Source: Anthoceros angustus (lineage: Eukaryota; Plantae; Anthocerotophyta). From it: a DNA stretch of 64,000 nt. The notes below the pieces were generated by a model. The model did no database searches and was not told the DNA's origin. It saw only the letters and a list, made by a program, of their open reading frames with translations. Each line of letters begins with the position of its first letter. The stretch's first letter is position 1. Shown here piece after piece: positions 12,851 to 23,311 of the stretch. Position numbers and translations under genes: made by a program. Location: NCBI GenBank assembly GCA_010909165.1, contig MU008215.1, positions 1-64,000 on the forward strand. The letters run 5' to 3'.

Positions 12851-15800
12851 ATGACGGTGGGGTTGGCGAGAAAGCAGCACAGTGTGTTCCTTTCAATTTG
12901 GCGACGCTATCATGGACCAAAAGTTCATGATAACGCTCGACTTCTCGTGGACAATCCGCGACCGCCAAAGAACTGGGGGCATTGAAGGCGGCACAACCCA
13001 AGAAGAGACGGAACCTTTCCACCCCAAGGCCGAAAACCTTCTGTGAATATGGTGGCCATGATGGACTGTGTCCTGAGCTCTGATAGAAATTGCGGATGTG
13101 TAATCAAGAAGGTGCCGCTAGATTCCGGGTCGAGTCAACATCATGACAGGAGACCGCTAAGCTTGGGTTGCGATAGAACATACATCAAAGGTGTTGCTGG
13201 CGGACATGTCCAAAATGGCGTAGGGGAGTGACGGAGTCCTAACCCATATTGGTACCATTCCGCACTCATGGACTACGTGGTCATTAAACAAAAAGCGCTG
13301 TGGTATGAGGTTCTCATTGACGAACATGGATGTATGGGGCACGTTGCACCTTCAAATGGGCGAAAGGAAGTGGGATTCAAACCTCCGGAGGGACCCCAAA
13401 ATTAAGGAGGAAGGATATGTTTGACTTGGAGCAGATACGACGCAGGGGGAGACACCCACAAACGGAGGGATACACCTCAAGATACCTCTGGGAGAGGATG
13501 AGAAGGAGAAATTCCCATTCGCATATTTCGTGGTCGATGAAGAGGACGACACGGAGAGATATTCCCATTCCATCAACCTATTAGGGTGCTATGGAGTCAC
13601 AATTGACAACCCGGTGGTCGGACCGAGACCAGACGAGGTCGAGGAACAAGAAGTAGAGGTCGAGCCGGGAGCGACGATCCGGACAAACTTCGGAGGGTGC
13701 GAGGAGGGTGTCTCACGCTTTACCTCACGACCTATTCCGGAATGGGGAATGCGCAAGGAGAACCAAGACTGGAGGAAGGGTTCGCATCACATCCGCGCCG
13801 GAGAGAGAGTGGCAGACGGATGAGGTCAAGGATGTGGAAGTGTTGCCCGCAAGGTCCTTAAGTTTTCGAAGGATGAATGCAGACTTGGAAAGGGGTATGA
13901 AACAAATTACATGGAATTTATCCACGTTTTGCTTTTGACGTTCTGACATGAAGGGTATACCGAGGGAGTGGGGAGCACAAGATTGATCTCGAGCCGGTGC
14001 GTCCCGGATACCGCAATACAAGCTAAATCCAAAGTATTCATGAAGGTAAAGGAACAATTGGAGCTCTACTTGCGCTGACGTCATATATCCTATTGTGACA
14101 TCGGAGTGGGTAGCCCCAATTGTGGTGGTTCCCAAAAGCGTAAGGGAAGATATGGGTCCGTCAGATTGGAGGAAGTTAAACAAGGTGACCAAAAAGACCA
14201 TTACCCGCTTCCATTCATAGACAACATAATCGGACTTAGTTGCGGTGGAGAATGGTCTACCTGCTCGGATGGGTATTCGGGTATAACACATCTCGTGGAG
14301 AGTGATTGGCCCAATGCCTTCTTCACTGATCGGGAACCTATGCCTACAAACGGAGTGCTCGGATTAACAGGGCACCGTGATCCTTCATGCGATTGTCAAG
14401 ATTTTCAAGGAATACCTTAGGGACTTCATGGAGGTCTTCTGGATGACTGCGTGTTTGGAGCGAAGATCACCTCAACCACCTTCGCAAATGTCCGAACGGT
14501 GTCATGCACAATTGTGTCTACATCCCGAGAAGTGTTATTTCGGCATGCCAGAGGGTATTTTGTTGGGGCACCGCATTTCTGCGCGGGGGATAGAGGTCGA
14601 CCCGGATAAGGTCAAAATCATTACCGCCCTCAAGCCACCTACCACACTGAAGGAGCTTAGGGGATTCCTCGGAATGGTAGGCTATTATCGAAGGTTTGTG
14701 AAGAATTTCTCCAGAAGGGCAGCTCCGCTTACAGAATTGCTTCGCAAGGACCAGGAGTGGGAATGGACGCAAAAACGAGAGGAGGCCTTCAATGATCTTC
14801 GCACCACCGATCACAAAGACCCACACGATCGAACAAGAAGTTCCACGTGTTTGTAGACGTTTCGGCCTATGCAATCGGTACCATTCTAAGCCAAAGGGAT
14901 GACAAGAAGCACGATTATCCAATCTATTATGCAGGGAGGCAGCTCACTGACGCAGAAAGGAAGTATACCACCACCGAGAGGGAGGCGCTAGGGATGGTGT
15001 ACTCGGTTCGCAAGTTTCGTCACTATTTGCTATCCTACGAGTTCGTCTTCCATGTGGACCACTTCGCCCTCAAACACCTGGTAAACAAAACTGACTTGTC
15101 TGGACGCATAGCAAGATGGATCCTACTCCGCAAGAATTCACGCTCACGGTGGAGACCAGAGGAGGAGTAAACATGTGAATGCATTACATTTCGATGAAAC
15201 AGAGGAGGTTACACAGACCAAAACGACGATTTTCCCGATGAAGCTGTCATGATGAGTTAGAGGGGAAGCGCACGGCCAACCATAAGGCGAGGGTAAATGG
15301 TGGCTCGGGGAAATGAGAAGGGAGAACGGATACACAAGGCCCACTCACGAGGAGATGATGGAATTCTGGAACGGGAAAATACCATCGGATCTTTCAAACC
15401 CCAGGCTTGTGCACTATTCGCGTCCGCTTGTACGACGCAAAGACAATCTGCAAATCGGGACCGGATGGGCGGACAGTTATGGGTAACAAGGAGCAGTTAT
15501 CCGAAAGCCGACGAGATGCACGAGGGGAAGCGGAGGACATTTTGCGCACATATCACGTGCAAGAAGGTGCTTGAAACGGGTATTGGCAAACCATGCATCG
15601 TGATGCTAGGAGTTTGTTAAACGCCGCGATGCTGCCGAGGGTTGGGAAACCGTCCGCAACCACTCAATGGCCAATGGTTCCGATATTGGCGGCGCCATTC
15701 GAGAAATGGGGAATAGACTTTGTTGGTCCCATACAAAAAAACGAGGACGCGACAAAACCAATACATCCTCGTGGCCACGACTATTGCACGCGTATGGTGG

Positions 15801-16493
15801 AAGCCCAAGCCGCAGTAGACACTCATGTAGTGGCCAGTTCCTCTATGAATGATTATCACCGATATGGTCTGTCCCTTGGAGCTTGTCACGATGAGGGTCA
15901 CATTTCAACGGTTATATCTCATATGACGATCTACTTCAACGTCGCAGAAAACGACTCCTTATAATCCCAAGGCAAATGGCTTAACGGAAAAGGCGAATGG
16001 GCTCTTGTGCAGGATCCTCAACAAGCTAACGGTGGAATACGACGATCGGGATCTTAAGCTTCACTCCGCCCGGGCATACAGGATCGCAGAGAAAATAACA
16101 ACGCAACAAACACCGTACTACCTCACCTACGGCCATTCTCCTAATGCCTATTGAGTTTGAAATTCCCACCGCGATCCAGAAACTAACCGCATGGCGAGAG
16201 GAAAGTCACCGAACGCCTGGTCACCGCTAAACATACAGAGGATAGAGCGGCGTGAGTCATGCGTGATATTAAAGGAAAATATGGCATGACAATCGGTTGG
16301 AAGCAAGAGTGGTAGATTGGTGACTTGGCCTCATTGCATTACAATAGGTACATGCACTTTCCGCAAGCTCCACCTTCGATGGATGGGGCCAAAGTTCTCA
16401 AGTCTTCAAAGAATGGCTCAAGACAACCGCAAGAGTTAGCGGACCTCCACTACCACCGAGTCAATGGGTGGAGGGTCAAGAAGTATTATATAA
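12851..16493 (+). CDS. A1 pol (protease, RT, RNase H, integrase), frameshifted
   Basis: VPLDSGSS protease; IYPIVTSEWVAPIVVVPKK and LGHRIS..GIEVDPDKV (RT); FVDVSAYAIGTILSQ..YTTTEREALGMVY (RH); PFEKWGIDFVGP and RVNGWRVKKYY (INT). Confidence 0.92.
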
Positions 16494-19135
16494 GTTGGCG
16501 GGACGCCAACAAATGAGAAGGGAGTAAACGATCTAGTCTCGAAACCCTGCTAAAATGTGCCCAAGTGAATTTTTTGTTTTTTCCGAGGTGTGAAAATATT
16601 GAGTAGTTGGGGATATTCATAGTAAAAATGTCCTTGGCCTATGGAGTTCTTTTTGTTTTATTGCCTAGGTTAGAAAATAAATGGTCCGGAATTTGGTGTT
16701 CCTTGGCCCATGGACTCGGAATGTTCCCTAAAAAGTCTATATATGTGAGATAGGGGGTTTGGAATAATTAGAGTCTATAAGTTGGGGTCGACCACGCGCG
16801 GTAGTGAATGAGTGGGGTTGTGGATTGGGATGTGGGAAAGCGGTAGAGGTCAACAGAGTAGGGGAACCCGGGAAACTTAACCCTAGGAATGATGTAATCC
16901 TGCTCAAACAACGGAGCGCAACGGCGGACGGGAGCGAGCGAGCGACGACGGCGCGCGACGGTCGAGGAGCCGTCCGGGGCACCGTGATCGCAGGAGGGCG
17001 CGAGGCGCAACGACGGGAAGGAGCTCCAACCCCGCCGACATCGCGAGGCGCGCAGAGGAGGAAGGCGCGATGCGCAGATATTCGAAAACGGAAAATATGG
17101 CATGACAATCGGTTGGAAGCAAGAGTGGGTAGTGGTGACTTGGCCCCTGCTACAATAGGTACATGCACTTTCCGCAAGCTCCACCTTCGATGGATGGGGC
17201 CATATAAGTCTCTCTTGAGAATCAGACAACCGCAAGAGTTAGCAGACCTCCACTACCACCGAGTCAATGGGTGGAGGGTCAAGAAGTATTATACATAAGT
17301 TGGCGGGACGCCAACAAATGAGAAGGGAGTATGTAAACGATCTAGTCTCGAAACCCCGTTAAAATGTGCCCAAGTGAATTTTTTGTTTTTGGGAGTGGTG
17401 TGAAAATAAGTCAGTTGTAGTTGGGGATATTCATAGTAAAAATGTCCTTGGCCTATGGAGTTCTTTTTGTTTTATTGCCTAGGTTAGAAAATAAATGGTC
17501 CGGAATTTGGTGTTCCTTGGCCCATGGACTCGGAATGTTCCCTAAAAAGTCTATATATGTGAGATAGGGGGTTTGGAATAATTAGTCTATAAGTTGGGGT
17601 CGGCCGCCGGTATGAATGAGTGGGGTTGTGGATTGGGATGTGGGAAAGCGGTAGAGGTCAACAGAGTAGGGGAACCCGGGAAACTTAACCCTAGGAATGA
17701 TGAATCCTGCTCAAACAACGGGCCAGGGCCAGGGAGCGGCGGAGCCGACGGAGCGCGGCAAGTCGAGGAGCCGTGTCCGGGGCACCGTGATCGCAGGAGG
17801 GCGCGAGGCGCAACGAAGGGAAGGAGCTCAACCCCGCCGACATCGCGAGGCGCGAGACCAGAGGAGGAAGGCGCGACAGACAGTGGCTCCTTGAGAGGAG
17901 GTAGGAACCGAGACCGACCTCCGTGAAATTCGCAGCGAGGTGGCGTTGGTTTGTGGCGCGAGACCGGAGTGAGAGGGATGGCGCCCAAGGTCACCAAATT
18001 GTGCTTGCCCAATGGCCGAACATGGATCATTGGAAAGTTCGGTGGGAGTGTGAAGGAGGCTAAGGGTTTCATGGAAGCAAGAGTGGGTAGTTCGTGACTT
18101 GGCCTCATTGCAAACAATAGGTACATGCACTTTGGCAAGCTCCACCTTCGATGGATGGGGCCATATAGGGTTCTCAAGTCTTCAAGAATGGCTCAAGACA
18201 ACCGCAAGAGTTAGCAGGACCTCCACTACCACCGAGTCAATGGGTGGAGGGTCAAGAAGTATTATACATAAGTTGGCGGGACGCCAACAAATGAGAAGGG
18301 AGTATGTAAACGATCTAGTCTCGAAACCCTGTAAAATGTGCCCAAGTGAATTTTTTGTTTTTTGAGAGTGGTGTGAAAATAAGTCGATTGAGTAGTTGGG
18401 GATATTCATAGTAAAAATGTCCTTGGCCTATGGAGTTCTTTTTGTTTTATTGCCTAGGTTAGAAAATAAATGGTCCGGAATTTGGTGTTCCTTGGCCCAT
18501 GGACTCGGAATGTTCCCTAAAAAGTCTATATATGTGAGATAGGGGGTTTGGAATAATTAGAGTCTATAAGTTGGGGTCGACCACGCGCGGTAGTGAATGA
18601 GTGGGGTTGTGGATTGGGATGTGGGAAAGCGGTAGAGGTCAACAGAGTAGGGGAACCCGGGAAACTTAACCCTAGGAATGATGTAATCCTGCTCAAACAA
18701 CGGAGCGCAACGGCGGACGGGAGCGAGCGAGCGACGACGGCGCGCGACGGTCGAGGAGCCGTCCGGGGCACCGTGATCGCAGGAGGCGCGAGGCGCAACG
18801 ACGGGAAGGAGCTCAACCCCGCCGACATCGCGAGGCGCGCAGAGGAGGAAGGCGCGATGCGCAGATATTCGAAAACGGAAAATATGGCATGACAATCATG
18901 GAAGCAAGAGTGGGTAGTTCGTGACTTGGCCTCATTGCAAACAATAGGTACATGCACTTTGGCAAGCTCCACCTTCGATGGATGGGGCCATATAGGGTTC
19001 TCGAAGTCTTCAGCAATGGCTCAGTACAACTGCAAGAGTTAGCAGGACCTCCACTACCGACCCGGGTCAATGGGTGGAGGGTCAAGAAGTATTATACATA
19101 AGTTGGCGGGGACGCCAACAAATGAGAAGGGAGTA
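16260..19135 (+). repeat. Tandem repeats of the integrase end/PPT/LTR start unit
   Basis: GAGAAGGGAG followed by the LTR start at ~16525, 17332, 18305 and 19136. Copies 1 and 3 share the same junction GAAGGCGCGATGCGCAGATATTCG. Confidence 0.9.
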
Positions 19136-19320
19136 TGTAAACGATCTAGTCTCGAAACCCTGTAAAATGTGCCCAAGTGAATTTTTTGTTTTTTGAGAGT
19201 GGTGTGAAAATAAGTCGATTGACTAGTTGGGGATATTCATAGTAAAAATGTCCTTGGCCTATGGAGTTCTTTTTGTTTTATTGCCTAGGTTAGAAAATAA
19301 ATGGTCCGGAATTTGGTGTT

Positions 19321-19502
19321 CCTTGGCCCATGGACTCGGAATGTTCCCTAAAAAGTCTATATATGTGAGATAGGGGGTTTGGAATAATTAGAGTCTATAA
19401 GTTGGGGTCGGCCGCCGGTATGAATGAGTGGGGTTGTGGATTGGGATGTGGGAAAGCGGTAGAGGTCAACAGAGTAGGGGAACCCGGGAAACTTAACCCT
19501 AG
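19321..19502 (+). promoter_or_regulatory. Candidate upstream promoter for the LTR gene: CCTTGGCCC, TCTATATATG (TATA), AACCCTAG (telo-box-like)
   Basis: Motifs at 19321, 19356 and 19495. The same three motifs occur in the same order in the A2 and B LTRs. Confidence 0.6.
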
Positions 19503-19504
19503 GA

Positions 19505-21900
19505 ATGACAATCCCGCTCAAACAACGGAGCGCAACGGCCGGACGGGAGCGAGCGAGCGACGACGGCCGGGCGCGACGGTCGAGGAGCCGGTCCGGGGCA
19601 CCGTGATCGCAGGGCGAGGCGCAACGACGGCGGAAGGAGCTCGCCCCCGCCGACATCGCGAGGCGCGACGCAGGAGGAGGAAGGCGCGGCGCAGGCGCTG
19701 CCGAGGAGGTAGGAACCGAGACCGACCTCCGTGAAATTCGCAGCGAGGTGGCGTTGGTTTGTGGCGCGAGACCAGAAGACTGTGAGAGGGATGGCGCCCA
19801 AGGTCACCACCGAAATTGTGCTTGCCCAATGGCCGAACATGGATCATTGGAAAGTTCGAGTGGGAGCTGTGAAGGAGTCAAGCCGGGTTTCATGGAAGAG
19901 CGGTGGAATTACATGAACTGGACGTGCAGAGCCACCGGCGACATGACCAAAGGGGATTTAGAGCAAGCCGCAGGATTGGGACCGGGTTAGAGGGTGTATG
20001 GCGAAGCAAGGAGGAGGCGGGCGGGTTGGTGATGGAGCCGTCAGAAAAGAAGCACGGCAAGAAGCAGCCGCCCGTTAAAGCGGGCGATCGCGAACCCAAC
20101 GGGTTGGTTGATTTGGACGGCAATTTGATGGGTCCGCCAGTGGCTCCTATGTTTCGCAGACAAGAAGTGGATTATTTGTCCGACCACTTGCCGCTCCTTC
20201 ATGAAGTGGTCAAGGGGCGAAGATCGATTAGCGAATTCTCTTGACAAGTTGTGTGAAGAGAGGTTGAACTTGATTTCCGCCTCGGCCCTCTCTAATCTCA
20301 CCATTTCGGTCCATCTTTATGTTTACGCTAACTGCCCGCTGAGGTGGAGATTGTAGCCTCCTCCACATGTGGAAGCCGGTTAGGGAGGTGAAATGGAAGG
20401 CGGAGGAGCCCAAGGAGGAAAAATCGGATAGCCGGGAGTGGGCGACAGGCCTGGAGGAGGAGAAGGAAATTCCCACCAAAGAAAAGGAGGAAGACCGGGG
20501 TGAAAGGCGGGCATCAAAAAAAGGTGAGCGGATGCGCGGCCACTGTGTCGAAAACGCGCCGCTACAGAAAATGAAAGCCAAACGCAGCTTGGAGGTGGCG
20601 AAGAGGAGGCGCGATCCGAGGACAATTTTGCGACTGGATGCGATGATGAATCAACTCCGAGGGTTTAGGGCGACCTCGAGGCGGACCCTCCTCAAAGATG
20701 GGAAGAGATTTTCAAGGGACTCCACCGCAACAGAGGTGGATGCAACCGAATTGGTGAGGGTGCGCACCGGGGAGGAAAGTTCTCGATGGAGGGATGGCGT
20801 CGCGGGGCCGCCACAACAAGTGGACGGCAGAGCTGACCACGCCGATGATCCGGGCCCAAGCATTTGTTGGATCAAGCGGCTTTAGCTCTCACCGGCTCGG
20901 TGCAGGGGGCGACGGAGGAAGTGGTGAAGGCCAGTTTGACGAAGAGGAGGCCAAGCGCAAGCAACGGAGGAAGACAAGCGGAACCTAGAGGAAATAAGGG
21001 CCAAGATTCAAGAAGATTTGTGCAGGCCTGTGAGAAGTTGCAAGCCATGACGAGCCAGGAAGCACTCATGGCTCAAATTAAGGATGCCCACGAGACGAAC
21101 CAGAGATGCGGGGGAGTTGTTGCGAGCCCAGAGCGTGGAAGCGGCCTCGTGGAAAAGGCCCATAAGCTAGCGGAGCGATATAAGCGGAGCGGATGAGGCA
21201 CGCGGCCGCCGAAAAGACAAAGGGAAGGAAGCGGGTGACCACGACCGAGTAGCGGAAGGGCCTACCGAGCGGAAGGAAGCAAAGAACCGAGGTAGCAACC
21301 TCACCTACCGGTTGAACGAACGATCCGTGGAGTCCACTACCGCGGTAGTCGAAACCGCTACCGACATTGGCGCAACCAACCCGGTGCAGGCGGGCGGCGG
21401 TGTGCGACGTGGCGCCTCGCGAGGACATAGGCCGTGCAAGTGTAGCCTACGGAGGAGGGGCACCTCACCGCAGCAGGGGTCCTATTATATTACGGCACAT
21501 GGATGAGGAAACTTATGTGCTCGGTCTATATGTGAATGGAGAACGCGCGGCTTAACCTCACCGTCCCATGTGCGTGTGGAAATAGGAGGGATCGGCCTAC
21601 CCATCGCAAGTGAGGACCCGGCATACTTCTACCACCGCGCCGGGGTTGGCTCCTATTATGCGGAGGCGACTTTGGAGGAGTTGAGCGAGGAGGAGGTCCA
21701 GCTTGGGTGGACGAGGAGCCGAATAATCCTCGAATAGGCGGCCGGAAGATGCGAAGCCCAGGCGTGGTACACCTCAAATTCGACGCCCAGCGATGTGAGG
21801 TGGAAGTAGTGTGGGAGAACCCGTCACGGCAAGGTGAGAGCTCGTGGCGGCAGAATGGAGGACGTGAGGCCGACGGCCAAGTCGAGGTAGGGCGCGAGAT
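19505..21900 (+). CDS. LTR(U3)-embedded gene of A1, 3' LTR copy (consensus about 750-800 aa, frameshifted here)
   Basis: ATG at 19505 directly after AACCCTAGGA. Successive ORF pieces 19748-19990, 19903-20244, 20367-20885, 20864-21196, 21367-21555 and 21707-21928 carry motifs shared with family B. Length estimated by eye. Confidence 0.7.
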
Positions 21901-23311
21901 AGCGAGGGGTGAGGTGGTAGCAACCTAAAGATAATTTGGTTAGGATGTCGACCGACCTAGGATCGCTCCGAATTGTGGGCGTCCTTCGCGATAGCCATCT
22001 TAGGACCTAAAATCCGGCGGTGCCCCGATGTATAAGAGGGGCGAATTAGGTCCCTCACGCCGATAACTCTGGTTGAGATCCCCACGCCGTGGGCTGGTTG
22101 GAGACGTCCGATGAGAGGCGGTGCGCGAGACGCCCTAGGGGTGGTCGAGAGCTTGCTCCGCACTGGGGAGGAGGGGTGATAAAGCAATCTTGCCGACAAA
22201 GGAGGAGGAAACCAAGGGATTGGCGGGCGGTCCGGAGCTTGCTCGTAACGCGCCGTGACGCCCGGGGTTCTTCTTTCCTTCACACTTGTCCGCTAGTTGT
22301 GTTCGAGAGAGAAGTGTTGAGTGGATGGTTGGAAGCGCGCGAGTTGAGGGAGAGAGAGAGAGGGAGAAGATTGGGTGAAGGAGTGACTAAACAATCAGAT
22401 GGCGAGGTGTGAGAGGGGTTGAGAAGGGAACTAATTGAGAGGCTAGCGGAGATTGTGTGAATCCAAAAGAAACCAAACCGGCAGCTGGTGGAAGCGCGCA
22501 AGGGGAACAGCGCCTTGTAAAATTGTGTGAGTGTGGCGCCTTTGTGTGTGTGTGGAGTGAGGGATTTGTGGAATTTAGGTCCCTAGGAATCGGTGTGTGT
22601 GTGCATGTGTGGAGTGTGAATAAAGCCGGATCCGCATGCCGTGGACGCCTGGCGATCCGGAAATAAGTCGCTAGGGTTTGGTGTGGGACCCACCGGTGGT
22701 CAAGCAACTACCCGTGAGAGCCGCCATGGCCGTGGAATGAGACGGCTCGTGGAATAAGAGCGTGGTAGTGGACAAGTCGGGGGGGTAGTAGTGGTTGAGT
22801 AGATAGGTAAGAGGAGTAATAGCAAGTAAGTCTTGACTTAGGTGAAGGTGAGCGATAGAAGTTAGCGCCTCTTGGCACAAACCATTCCCTTGGGAGCGAA
22901 TCCTAAGCCTACAACGACATTGAGGGTAAATGTGGACTCACTTGTCCCCGGACACGAATCCACACTCCACACCACATCGACCACGCACACCTCGCCTCAC
23001 TTGCCTAAAGAAGACATTTTAAGAATCAAGAACAAAATGTTAGGCAATTTCGCATGATGATTCATCCGATCAACACATGAGGGGCATTCGCCTCGCCTGA
23101 TACTATGTAAACTTTATGTGCTCACGAATCACAAGCATGCACAAAAAAGAGTTGTAGATTAAAGAACAAAGTTCACTATACATATAAAGAAGGCACAAGC
23201 CAAACGCAGAAAGACCTAACTACCCAAAGTAGACCCTGGGAGTATAGGCAATGTACTAACAACTAACATTTATTTATTTTTTCAGCAATTTCTACTCGAA
23301 TGAGCTCGCAC

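Larger units (their letters stand above)
4727..22971 (+). mobile_element. Athila-like Ty3/gypsy LTR retrotransposon A1 (LTR-PBS-gag-PR-RT-RH-INT-PPT-LTR)
   Basis: TG..CA LTRs at both ends, tRNA-Asp-like PBS, domain order PR-RT-RH-INT, RT with the KDHYPLPFID and VFLDD signatures, no chromodomain and no extra archaeal-type RNase H seen. Confidence 0.92.
19136..22971 (+). repeat. A1 3' LTR (3836 bp, no large internal duplication)
   Basis: Follows PPT GAGAAGGGAG-TA. Starts TGTAAACGATCTAG, ends CACACTCCACA, then unrelated flank. TATAAGAG at 22031. Confidence 0.9.
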
